Origin: Acanthaster planci
Taxonomy: Eukaryota
NCBI RefSeq assembly: GCF_001949145.1
Contig: NW_019091359.1
Location: forward strand, 3,715,159-3,779,158
Length of the DNA: 64,000 nucleotides
Direction of reading: 5' to 3'
Made by a program: the position numbers and the translations under genes. This document shows, piece by piece, positions 12,701 to 24,174 of this stretch. The notes below the pieces were generated by a model, which did not search any database, had not been told where the DNA came from, and saw nothing but the letters and a program-made list of their open reading frames with translations. Position 1 is the first letter of the stretch, and every line of letters begins with the position of its first letter.

Positions 12701-15227
12701 TAAGCACAAGGGGCGAGTTTTTTCAAGGGACAGTAAAATTATTTTTCTGTGTTATCCTTGTGACCTTATGGCGGGTAATATGTTGCATGTTGGACTTTCT
12801 TCATGCTTTGCAGTAGAAGAGAATTGAAATAGTCGCTTCTCCGTCTTCACATTTACAAAAATGTCTTTTGAGGGAATGGGGACCATGTCCCTTGGTGGGG
12901 CGGGCGAATGGGGACCATGTTCCCTTTGGGGGAATGGGGACCATGTTCCTTCTTTGATTTGTCCATATTTCAGTAAACATTTCAGATTAAGTGTGGTCTA
13001 GTGGTGTGAGTAAAGTTAAGGTAGACTTGTCATAGCTAAGAGTGACAGATTGCCGAGTGCGAGATCACAGTTCTGTTTTTATGCCTTGACGTCATACAAA
13101 GATTAAAAAAAAGAGGAAAATACAGATATCTGATATAATACAAGTAAGATGTGTCAGTCTTACTGACATGTTTTTCGGAACATCCCGACTGCAAACTAAC
13201 AACCTGCTTTAACTTGTCTTTTGTGTTCCAGGGTCCGTTTTTAACTCACACGAAACACCTTCCTAAAATCAGCGAGGGAGGACAGTCTGGGGAGACGCCA
13301 CACCACGAAACCGATTCAATCACAGACCTCGAGAAAAGTAAGAGAAAACATCCTGAAGTATATCAGACATCAATACAGTACAATTTTAGAGTATTCACGT
13401 ATTGACTGTCCTTTGAATCAGGAAAAGAAAGAAGTTGGGCTTTTCCTCTGTTTTGATTGCAGGATCAGTTTGACATAGGGCAAAAGGGAATTTTGCATAA
13501 TCCTGCCAAAACGGTTCAATTTGTTTTTCCAAACTGATAACAAATGACTACGTCAGAAGGTTTCCGAGGAGGCTTTTGAATTTTGCTATGTTTATTTTAT
13601 TACAGATAGAGCGCCCTCAAGCCACTCCAGTGATTCAGTCCAGTCATATTCCCACCTTGAAACCCAAGCCCATCCCAATCCATCATATCAGCTGGATGAT
13701 GGGCTAACCAACGACGAACAGGTTATTATCATCATTGGCTATTAATACATATAATTTGTTTTTCATTTTAGGTAAAAAAGTTGCAATCTGGAGCTTTGTT
13801 GATGCTATGACCTCAACTACATCGCTAAATTGTATTTGATAGCAGTCAAGGAAATGGTTCATTCAACGGACATTTTCGTTGAATGGAAATTAGTTTCAAC
13901 GTAACTGGTGTGTTTGCAGTAATTTTTTAACATGTGGAATTTTTCTCTGTATATTGTCTACAGTTTGCAAAGACCACCAACATTGGGAGAGATACCTTTG
14001 TACAAATAGATGTATTGGAATCGGGAGCAATTTTCGTAAGTATAACAAATACCGCTTTCTATAGTTTGGGGGTACTGGTTGGAGATGCTTTCAAGTAAGA
14101 TGTATAGGCATTGGCTTCCTGTGGGAGATTCATGTAAGATCAAAACAAAAGAAATCACAATCAATTTTCCTGTGTTGTACCCTTGTATGTTTTGAAAAAG
14201 TTGAGCTTTCTTTAGGTTGAATATTTTGACTATACAAAAGCTTGATCAATAAGTAGGACAGTTCTACAAAAGTTTTGCTTAAATGTACGCTGCATGTACC
14301 TTCAGCAAAAGTTAGGGAATATAGTTTAAAACCTCTCTACAAATGTACTTTTAATTCATGTGTGCAGGGAGTCTCTGATTTGGTTTTTGGCAAGCAACCT
14401 GGTCTTTGCCTTGTCAGTAATGGAGCAGAATGTATCATGGTAGCCAAGAAGTTCTATGCTAAACATGCCACAGAGGCAAACTTAAAAGCCATCACAGATC
14501 ATGTAAGTGGCGTTTATTTAGTCTGCACCACTGGTTTGTACAGGCTTTTACTCATTGCTCTCTGTGTACAATAACAATAATGAAATAATATGTTGTGAAC
14601 GCTATGTGACGTTTTCCGAGTGAACAGATCACTGCTACATTCGTTTTAATTAAAGCCATTTTCCTCTTTTGACCTAGATTACTTTTATTTACATGATTAT
14701 GATTAGATTGTTCTAGTTAGGCGCATAATCTGAAATAGAAAATATTGTGGCCACCTCAAACTACATTAGAGTCCATTCAAAAAGCTTTTTTTGGCTGTGT
14801 GATAGAAAAAGGAGTTTTTTTCAGAACACCAACGGTGAAAGTTTTACTTAAAATAAAAAATAACTATGATTATCACGTTAACTAAGGTGTAGGGGCCTAC
14901 ATCAGACTTTAAAATTGGATGAAATATGGTCCAAGAAATGTAGTTGTGAGCAAATAACTAATAATTATCAAATCACAGTCATAATTAGGCTCACATAAGT
15001 CACTGTTATTAACATGGTTGTTTATCACTTTCCTCTCTCAGCTTCGCCCCTACCCTACTGAGGACACTCTCCTTCGAGACCTGCGGGAGAAGTTGACTTG
15101 GCAGGATCATCGGACTAAGACGCTATCTGACACAGCGCACAACTTGAGACGTCAAAGAAGAGAGAGCCTTGCTGGAGTTGGTCTACCGAGACCACAAGCT
15201 GCAATAAGCATGAACATCGGACCATAA
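6755..15227 (+). CDS. Cyclic nucleotide-binding domain protein, CNBD2-like paralog A. Approximate exons: 6755(or 6797)-7216, 7565-7644, 8050-8170, 8423-8497, 9401-9563, 9933-10006, 10221-10304, 10826-10974, 11251-11311, 11585-11657, 11907-12301, 13232-~13357, 13606-13721, 13964-14035, 14368-14502, 15042-15227
   Basis: Exons splice into LLFDVTMFRAKKQ, RVIIRHGRRPYAFYLVLGGS, KGHVFG, GWPLHLL, SDWIYIIKSGSCAVLK, LVSNGAECIMVAKKFY and RPYPTEDTL, as in CNBD2-like proteins; exon sizes match paralog B. The low-complexity middle exons are less certain. Confidence 0.85.
8746..9362. repeat. ~22-bp minisatellite (TGTATGATATTAATCAATTCAG) flanking the N gap at 8790-9313
   Basis: The same unit appears on both sides of the gap, so the gap is probably an unresolved array. 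Confidence 0.75.
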
Positions 15228-15699
15228 GCTGCTAAATTGCTTACAATCATACTGATTGGCCAAAATTGTCTGAAGTGGTTGTTTTGATTCAGCGATCTAT
15301 TGACCAGACAATTATTTTAGCAGAAATATCATGTGTCATATCCAAATTAAGACTTGACATTCAAACTTGCCCGAATTACTTATACATGTACAACAACCCG
15401 GAATGCTATGTGGCATTAATATTTTGAGTTGATCGTGATATAAAAATCATGAAGTTACATTGTACCTTACAAGACTTATCCAAAGTACGCTTTCCCAAAT
15501 TATCTCCAATAAGATTAAGTTTGGCATTGAGAATGGAAGAAGTAAACATGTTTACGACGTACGCGTAGTAAACGAATTGACTGCATAAGAAGTATACAAG
15601 GACTTTAACGAGAAATAATACAATTCCACTTTTGTCGCTATACCCTGAAAGTGACAGGGAACTGCATATAAAATTCATTACCGTGATAAGAAGAGAGGG

Positions 15700-16374
15700 T
15701 TATTTTCCGTAGATGTCAGAAAGTTCTGTCTCTATCTTTGTTGCCAATTCATCAATTTTGTAGAAAGGTACTTCTTCTCGAAGTTGTACAAGTGCTTCAG
15801 CGCGAGATTCATCATCATCGTCGGCGACATCAAAAGATCCATCCTGAATGAATTGCCACAGGTAACGAAAGCTCTCAGCATTTCTTCTATAAATCGTGAA
15901 CACATTACGACTTGGGTTTGACTCGGAACGATACTTAACCATTTGAGCCAAGAACGACTTGACAAACGTTTTGTTCCCCATCAGGGTTGAACGACTTTCT
16001 GAAAAACACTTTCCTTCAACTATGATGTAAATCCTTGCAGGATCAAAATCTGGCCGATTGTTTATCACAGCTTCGGAAAGGCGCCAGTTCTGGTAGAACG
16101 CAGCCTCTGATTCCAGCAGACCAATGTCTTTGAAACCCTTCGGCAGGTCTAGTCGATCATGACGCATAAAACCAAGCACGTAGCGGAAGAGTGGCCCATC
16201 TGCGTCAATTAAAAAGTTCCCCTCCTTGTCTTTTGCACATCTCTGATTGAAGTTGCCGCTGAACATACGTCCTAGTCTAGATTCCAAGTCGCTCCGCAGT
16301 GTACTCAAGGTGGTAAAGTAAACCTGCCCGCCTACATTCAGACCTATAAATGTAGATTGTTGGCAACTTTCCAT
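15700..16374 (-). CDS. KCTD-like BTB/POZ (T1-type) protein with two tandem BTB domains, intronless; likely start at MESCQQ
   Basis: IGLNVGGQVYFTTLSTL..DLESRLGRMFSG...DKEGNFLIDADGPLFRYVLGFMR...L.LP.GF...LLESEAAFYQ, followed by a second unit IYIIVEGKCF.ESRSTL...RNAESFRYLWQFIQ...LREEVPFYKI. Confidence 0.9.
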   Translation of the reverse strand: MESCQQSTFIGLNVGGQVYFTTLSTLRSDLESRLGRMFSGNFNQRCAKDKEGNFLIDADGPLFRYVLGFMRHDRLDLPKGFKDIGLLESEAAFYQNWRLSEAVINNRPDFDPARIYIIVEGKCFSESRSTLMGNKTFVKSFLAQMVKYRSESNPSRNVFTIYRRNAESFRYLWQFIQDGSFDVADDDDESRAEALVQLREEVPFYKIDELATKIETELSDIYGK

Positions 16375-17125
16375 GCTCAGAAATAGCAACTTGCAGATCA
16401 CAGATTCCAATATGCACGCGTACATACACCTGTGAAGTTTAGGTGATAAGCATAGAGGAAGTCGATTGTGAAAGCTGCCAACAAGGATGAGGTGTATAGC
16501 CTGTTGAACTTTGACCCTCCTGACCGGTATCGTCTGTTTTGGTTTCCTTGTTCAGACCAATTAAAATGCTTAACATTAAGAAAACAAACTCGACCCGAAT
16601 GGCTGTTATGTGCTCACTGTATATAACTCGCTATTTAAGTTCACATCCTCTTTTCAATTTGCCAAGGACATCGAAATTCCGGTTTTTTTTCCACTCTGTG
16701 ACGGGAGTTCTTGTGGAAGTTGAGCAGTACATGTACGTGTTTTCAATTTGAAACTTTTTATTTAATAAAAGTAGATAAAAAGCAAAAGTCATTGTTCTGA
16801 GAGTTCTTTGAATTTTATTTACTAGGCTCGTTCAAGAATGTCATTGGCATTTATAAGCCTAATACACCACAGAATATATCTGTGAATTAAACTTTTATAC
16901 TTTATTATTATTTTTAATTTTATTCTCGCCATCTTTGTGCATTTTGTCTTTGTATGATTAAAGTTTTTTTTGGAGTTAACTGTGAGAGTCCTGTAGCTTG
17001 TAAGGGGAATCAGCGGCATCCACTTTATAAAGAAATAAACTTTTTTAGCTACACAGATTTGAAGTGTATCAATATTTCTTATGAAAAAAAGAAATTGCAT
17101 TTCAGTATACATTTTCTTATCAAAT

Positions 17126-17908
17126 TCAATATGAACTCTCAAAACCAGTAAACCCGTCCTCAGTCAGGACCTGCTCTTCTTTTCCCGTCAGGGCGGGATA
17201 GAAGATAGAGATACAGTTAGAATATTCCTCGTGGTTTTCCAGTATGTGACGGTCATGATCATTTAAAAGGACGTTGGTGCCATTCCCTGCATCCACCTTA
17301 GAGCTATGGTTTACCCAGGTACCACTGGTATCCTGCCATTTGTAGGTGACTCGCCCAGAGGTGTAGTACACACTTTCTGTGTGGTGTTGATGGGCCAATT
17401 TAGAAGACGTTACAGGGTTTAATCGCGTTTTGCTGATACCCAGAGGAAGCCCGTCTGGTTTGAGGAGGTATTGCCAACTGTGGCCGTTTCCCCAGTCGAC
17501 ATCTCTTTCAGTACCATCAATTTCTGCTAAGCTTCGCACAACTGCCAAAGAGGTATAAACCAACTCATTGTCTGGATAGTAGACTACGAACACACGCATG
17601 GGGCCCTCTGCTGACACTGTCAATTCGTAGATCACATCGGAGGACAGTGCTATCACAGTATCAGGGCAAATATCCCGCTTTTCCCCACCAGCGCTAGCTT
17701 GAAACTTCCCCCTTCCGCTAATGCAGTAGTAGAAATGAAGGCTTCTCTTGTTGTCAGGTGATCTGAAGGGAACAGTGGAATTGGCCTGGACACGTGCCTC
17801 ATATATAGTGAAGTCACTGAAGTCTTTCTCAGTGGTCAGCTGGACTCCGCTGAGTGCGCTGTTTGGAAGGGTACTTTCGGGAAAATCGACAGAATGTGTA
17901 ATCAGCAT
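17126..17908 (-). CDS. ectC: Ectoine synthase (EctC)-like double-cupin protein, copy 1 (divergent active site), 260 aa
   Basis: C-terminal half VVRSLAEIDGTERDVDWGNG..YLLKPDG...HTESVYY...HDRHIL...PALTGKE follows the EctC pattern; intact ORF with an acceptor-like site just upstream of the ATG. Confidence 0.85.
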   Translation of the reverse strand: MLITHSVDFPESTLPNSALSGVQLTTEKDFSDFTIYEARVQANSTVPFRSPDNKRSLHFYYCISGRGKFQASAGGEKRDICPDTVIALSSDVIYELTVSAEGPMRVFVVYYPDNELVYTSLAVVRSLAEIDGTERDVDWGNGHSWQYLLKPDGLPLGISKTRLNPVTSSKLAHQHHTESVYYTSGRVTYKWQDTSGTWVNHSSKVDAGNGTNVLLNDHDRHILENHEEYSNCISIFYPALTGKEEQVLTEDGFTGFESSY

Positions 17909-18849
17909 GTTTAAAGATAAGCTGAAGGAAAAAAAAGGACAAAAAGTGAAAATAAGATAACTAATTCACAATCATGTCTGTGCATTTACTAAAAAAGAAT
18001 TGCCACGATGATACATGTATAGTGTCAATACCATATTTAAATTATACATCTCCATACTACAGAAAAAGTGTAGTATCAAATTGCTTCAGGTTAGTGATAT
18101 TTTGAATACCTTGAAATACAATTCTCCTTGTTAACTTACCTCTCTGACCTCAGCATACAAAATGTAAAAAGGAATCCTGCATTTATGTTGGTCAAAGGCA
18201 GTCTACGAGCCCAAAGCTAGCTGAATTTAATGCGTAGGTAAACCAATAATTATGGCAGACACCAAAATATGCCTCCGTACGAGGTCTATTCAGTTCAACT
18301 AATACTGACTTCGTACGTGAAAAGGGCCAAGGTTCAGTTTCATTGTAACAAAGGTCAAAACTCTGTTTGCCTAACTTAATATAGTTGGGTTTTATTCTTA
18401 TTTTTCGAGGCAAGGCATGCTAACAATGCCGTTCAAAACGTGTAGATTCTTTTATTTGAATAGGCGAGGACGCGAAGCGTCCAAGCCCAACGCCTCCTCG
18501 CCCATTGGAATCAAACAATTTCCACATTTTGAGTCGTTTCTCTGATTTACACCACGTTTCCCTTTACTATTGTTGCATGATAGAAGAACTTTTTTACTAT
18601 GCTTTGAGCCGAGATGAATTCCATCCATTATCCATCTTTGGACCCCTGTGTAAATCTGCGTGTACATAAAAGTCTCACTTTTGGCCCAAGTAGTTAAATT
18701 GTATAACTCTTCGCCTAGCTGCACAACTGTTTTTTTTTATTCTCTTGCAAGCAAGATGCGTGCTTACCAAGTCATACACATGCAGTCAGCAACCATCGGT
18801 GGATCGTAGGGCGCACAAGTTAAGTTATCAAATGCTACCGCTATGACTT

Positions 18850-20300
18850 GTGGACTTTTTATTTTATTTTCTAAGTAACAAAAACTCAAACTCCCTGTTT
18901 TTCACACTTTTTACCCAAAAGGAGGTTGCTGATTGTATAAGCAAATTTCCTTCTGGGAAGGTGCCTGGTTGTGATGATCTAAGTCCCTGTGTCATCAAGC
19001 AGGCAAGGAACGCACTTGCTAAGACCTTGGCTGATATCTTTATCAAGGTTCTCACAGCTAGAGTGTTTCCTGATTGTCTACGAAAAGCCAAAGTAATACC
19101 GATTTACAAAAAAGGTTGTAAGCACGATGTAACTAATTATAGACCTATTTCTGTCCTATCTACATTTTCAAAATTGTTTGAAAAGCTTATTTATCAGAGA
19201 TTATTATCTTTCTTCACACGACATTTTTTTCTGAATCACAAAATTGGCGATATTATATGTTCTTAGTAATGTAATGCGATTGACAAACAGAACTTCTCCA
19301 TTGGTGTATTTCTAGACTTATCAAAAGCTTCTGACACTGTCCATCATAACATTTACTAAAAAAAATTAGAGTATTACGGAATTTGTGGTACAGCTCTAGA
19401 CTTATTAAAAAGTTCTCTCTGTAACAGAGAGCAGTGCATATCGTTTAAATCTGTGAATTCCAGCAGTCGGGGAGTCAATGAACCCCACACAAGGCAGTCC
19501 TTGTGTGGGGTACCACAAGGTTCTAATTGAGGACCATTGCTATTTCTACTTTACATCAACGACAGATTATAAAGTACCTCAAACAGTACCTCAAACAGTG
19601 TTGTATACACACAATAATGTAAATGAAGCAATCCAAAAAAACTAATTTGGAACTTGCTAAAATTAATGAGTGGCTTTAGCAAACAAATTGTGTATTAATG
19701 CCCTCAAATCACATTACATAATATTTGGTTCACATCAATTTAAGTATTCACAAAATGTCCACTTGATCTTAAACAATTCGAGGTTGACCCAAGTACAAAA
19801 TTTCTGGGTGTAACACTGGATGAAAATCATACTTGTAAATGTCACATCGATGAGGTAGCTTTAAACAATACCCAAGAAAATAGGCATTATGAATCGCTTA
19901 AGGCTTTGTCTTCTGGATAAGGTTTCATTAAGATTGTATAATTCCTTAATTTACCATATTTGAATTATGCTATTATTACCCGGGGCAGCTCGCCATCTAG
20001 ATGTAACAGATTTCTTACTCAACAAAAGCGAGTGGTTCGTGTAATTACAAATGCCGGTTCCCGTGATCATTCTGCTCCATTGTTTTCTAAATTAAATCTT
20101 TTACAGTGTAATAACCTATATCACCTGAATCTAGCGAAGTTAAAAATTAAGGCATGACCTACTCCCTCCCTGTCATAAAGCCTGTTTTACCTTGACATCA
20201 ACCATCCATGATTTCAATACACGAAGTAGTTCAAAGGGAAACCTGTACGTCCAGTTTAGCAGGACGTCAATGTCTATCTTTACCCGTCTTTGTAAAGAAA
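18850..20300 (+). mobile_element. Decayed, 5'-truncated non-LTR retrotransposon (CR1/L2/jockey-like reverse transcriptase)
   Basis: FPDCLRKAKVIPIYKKG...NYRPISVLSTFSKLFEK, FLDLSKA.DTV, GVPQGS..GPLLFLLYIND and KFLGVTLDE motifs broken by stops and frameshifts. Confidence 0.9.
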
Positions 20301-21211
20301 CTAAAAACAAATTTTTTCAGAGAAATGTACATAAATTTTCCGAAGTGCTCTTTTAATTAAGCATCTTGTCCTTGTCTCACACTTGTCAGCCGTATGCTAT
20401 GTTTTGTTTGTCCCTTGACTGTACGTTTTTTGGTCTTCTTTTCTGATTGCCTCCTCGTTGTCTGTCTGTCCATAGGTTAGGGTACAAAAGCATTTGCATG
20501 CTTAACCTAACACCAAAATGTTGTCATTTTCTTCTTAATGTTATGTAACAATGATGATATTAATGATATTTATCTGTGACAAATGTACATTTGTGTATCT
20601 AATTTGTGTCCACAATGGCAACATTGAATAAATGTCCTCCTCTAAACATATCACCAACAAGCAAGTTTCGCGAGCGGCTAATTTCGAAACCCCAGTTCGC
20701 TATCTCCTTAAGAAGATCATGTTTACAACCTTGGAATTACATGCTTACTCATCCCGATCTCTCGGTCAGTGAAGTTTTTTTTAATATGATCCGGAAAGGA
20801 CTGCTATATATGTAAGTTTCTAAACGATTAATCGGTTTCGTTAAGTTACATATGAATTGTCGTCCTTGTAGTTATTGAGAAATGTTTACTCTAATAACAG
20901 AGGAAGAGTTAAACTGAGGTTACCCAGGCTAAATGCGAATGTTAAAAAGAAAAACACAAGGAAAATGATGAAAATTATACGTTACAATTAACATAAAACA
21001 TAATAAGTAAAAATGACGAAACAAAAAGACAAATAAAATGGGACAACACACATTATGCGTGAAATGAAAGGTGTGTTTCATTTTAGATGAAAATCTGTTT
21101 ACCGTCACCGAACATCAAACTAAAAATATCAGCGTGGTAAATTGCGAACATCTAAAATGGTTTACTTCACTAGCTGTTAAGAGAGTTTCTCATTGTGCTT
21201 GACGTTCTAAT

Positions 21212-21350
21212 ATAGACCTTAAGCATAATAATGTCACGCTATGTAATACATCTATTCTTCCTATGAGAACTCGATGAATCGGGTCCCACCTCACCGCCAT
21301 GGGAATGCGCACATGTAAACAAAAGTGACGTCATTATATGACAGGTCTAT
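21212..21350. mobile_element. Small palindromic MITE-like element (ATAGACCT...AGGTCTAT)
   Basis: 8-bp terminal inverted repeat with further imperfect internal symmetry; similar ends occur near 4990-5145. Confidence 0.35.
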
Positions 21351-21890
21351 CCAAAGTCACAACTGCGATTTCTGTGTCTAAAGTCAATTTTGATTTTTCC
21401 TTTTTTTGCAAGAATTACTGCACATTCTTGAAAAAAGAATGTATAGTTTACTGTAAATTCTTAAGTATAATCGACACTTTTCTGAATGACGTGACGTCAA
21501 AAAAGTGGTTTAATTTTATATCCTCTTCTTTTACTAGAAAAAGGTATGCAAGGTGCATAATTACTCTCACTTTCCATGACCAATGTTAATCAATCTATTT
21601 AATGTTGAAGATCTGTGTAAATGCATACTTTTTTAATTGAATGGAGTTAATACATTTTTATTAAAAACTTACATTTCTGAAAATAAACCATATCAGCAAA
21701 AGGGTAAGAATGGACTCAACAGAGGAAGTGACATCAGAAAAGATTAAATCATAACATCTAGGCCTACATAAGAATTAGGGTGCTGTATTATTTACTAAAG
21801 TAAATGATGTTCGCATCAGATATGATTGTAAATTAATGTATGAATTTCTGTAAAGAATATATATTGGCTATATTTGTATTCTGATAACAA

Positions 21891-22676
21891 TTAACAGTCC
21901 ATGCAAGCTTCGTACCCAGAGAACCCGCCTTCAGTAATCTTATGATTCTCCTTTCCAGTCAGAACAGGATCGAAGATACAGATACAGTAGGCGTCTTCGT
22001 CATGGTTCTGCAATACGTGACAGTCATGCATATTCATCAGGTAGTTGGTACCATTCTCAAGTTCTGTTTTCGAGGTCTCATGAACCCAATCACCGTTGGT
22101 ATCATACCACTGATACGTAACTGTCCCTGCAATGAAGTATACACTCTCAATGTGGTTTAAATAGCCTAGTCGGGTAGATGTCTTCGGGTAAACCCAGGTA
22201 TTGTGAACACCCAAAGGGAAGCCATCTTGTTTTATGAGATATCGCCGACTGTGCCCGTTTCCCCAGTCGGTATCCCTGTCCGTGCCAACTATCTCAGACA
22301 GACCTCTTACTACAGCCAGCGATCGGTAGCCCATCTTGGCGTCTGGATAGTAGACTACAAATAGACGCATACCGCTCTCCGCCGACACTGTCAACTCGTA
22401 GGTCATATCGAAAGACAGTGCCACCACAGTGTCCGGGCTGACATCTCGTTGATCTCCTCCAGGCTCCCCACACGTTCCTTTCCCACTGATACAGTAATAG
22501 ATGTGGACACTATTCTCACTCTCAGGTGATCGAAGAGGAACGGTAGACTTGGCTGGAATGCGTGCCTCATATGTCTTGAACTTATCGTAATCCTTGTCAT
22601 CGGTGAGTTGAACGCCGATGAGGGCGCTATTTGGTAGAGTTATTTCAGGTAGATTGGATGAATGACTCACTTTCAT
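21891..22676 (-). CDS. ectC: Ectoine synthase (EctC)-like double-cupin protein, copy 2 (most canonical), 261 aa from MKVSHS
   Basis: VVRGLSEIVGTDRDTDWGNGHSRRYLIKQDGFPLGVHNTWVYPKTSTRLGYLNHIESVYFIAG...GTNYLMNMHDCHVL...CIFDPVLTGKENH retains the EctC hallmarks SRR, YxNHxE, Y..H..H and PxLTGxExH. Confidence 0.92.
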   Translation of the reverse strand: MKVSHSSNLPEITLPNSALIGVQLTDDKDYDKFKTYEARIPAKSTVPLRSPESENSVHIYYCISGKGTCGEPGGDQRDVSPDTVVALSFDMTYELTVSAESGMRLFVVYYPDAKMGYRSLAVVRGLSEIVGTDRDTDWGNGHSRRYLIKQDGFPLGVHNTWVYPKTSTRLGYLNHIESVYFIAGTVTYQWYDTNGDWVHETSKTELENGTNYLMNMHDCHVLQNHDEDAYCICIFDPVLTGKENHKITEGGFSGYEACMDC

Positions 22677-22782
22677 GATGTGTCCTGTAGGAAGCAAAGC
22701 AAAATTGACGTGTAGCTCATATTGAATTGAGCGACAGAAATTCCTATGCTGAATCTGCTGTTCCTGACGGGAATTTTAAAAC

Positions 22783-24174
22783 TATGAAATTCCATACCTG
22801 CCGTCGCCCGTCGTGCGTCGCCTTTTGCTTTTTGTTGTGTCCCAATTCTGCCATTTCCAAACATGCCATTTTCCGTCGCCCGTCGTGCGTCGCCCGTCGC
22901 GCGTCGTGTGTCGCCCGTCGTGCGTCGCCCGTCAAATACGTTGCATAGGACGTGCAAAAGCCGGGGTTTAACAAATGACAATGTGATGATTCTATTCACC
23001 TCTAAGGATCTTTTCCCAATAAGGCAAGTATAAATCCCACATGCAAAGCATATACTAGTCCCATAATTTATGCCAATAATGCTAGCTTACCTCTGCCCCT
23101 TGACAAGAAAATGTCCCCTTTCTCAGAAACCAACCAAATGTTTTTGTGGGGAAAACACTTTCAACAAAAATGTTCAGACCAAATTATCCACAGTCTAATT
23201 CTAATTTGCATACTTTAAAAATGTGCCGACTTGTTTTAATCAAATTCTAGAAAGAAATGTGCCAACCAATACTGATATTTCACTTTGTCCTCTCAATTTC
23301 ACCTTGAAATCCAGAAATATTAGTCAGTGCTGTGGATAACAAACTGTTTACTAAATGTATTAGGGGGAAATTACCACTTGGTCTAATTTTCACAAAATAT
23401 GACGTGTTGGTTTTTGTGGGTGTGTATGCCATGGTGGATAGACTAACGAGAACAGGTTGTCCAGCATATCAGCATTAATTATGGGTCTAACTAGTAACGT
23501 TACTGTTCAAAAGACTTCTATAAGCCAACCTGCAACTCAGGTCATGTCTAATTTGGAGTATACAGCAGATTTCATCATAGGTATACCTGCCTTCAAAATA
23601 ATGTTGAATCAATTCGTCTCTTATTCAAAATATTAAGGAATAAAATATTGTAAATAATTTATTATTTACATTCAGTTAGGTGGGATATCGTGCAGGGACA
23701 GACAGATATATTACATAGACTATAGGCCTAACGTCAGGCCGTACACGAGTAACTAAATTATCAAGAAAAACAATCTACCCTAACAAAAGTCTATTTTGTT
23801 AATTTATTTATGGAACCAAAAATTGGATTTTTTCATATACACGTCACTTTACCGATGTCAGCCTTTAAAAATGAAAGGATATTATTTCTTCTTTCAAGTG
23901 GAGTTCGACGCAACTGCAAAAACGAATACATCTTCTAGTTCTACTGCTAAAATGAGTGTCGGGCATGGTGGATCGAACGAACAAGTACATGTGAAACGGT
24001 CAAGGGTCAAAGTTAAAAATAACAATGCGCAAGTGTGACCCCCCCCCAAAAAAAAACCCAAGGGCGACGGACGACGGGCGACGGAAAATGGCATGTTTGG
24101 AACTGGTAAATGGGAGAGTTAGGACACAACAAAAGGCAAAAGGCGACGGGCAACGGCAGATTTGGAATTCCATA
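22783..24174. mobile_element. Non-autonomous DNA transposon with ~110-bp GC-rich TIRs, IS3EU-like, inside the predicted 5'-UTR intron of ectC copy 2
   Basis: 22783-22895 is the inverted complement of ~24062-24174; ends TATGAAATTCC...GGAATTCCATA; flanks TAAAAC/GAAAAC (5/6 match); CGTCGCC subrepeats. Confidence 0.75.

Noticed and set aside
22800..22935. CRISPR-like repeat appearance
   Set aside because: No unique spacers and no cas genes; these are subterminal repeats of a TIR element in a eukaryotic genome.
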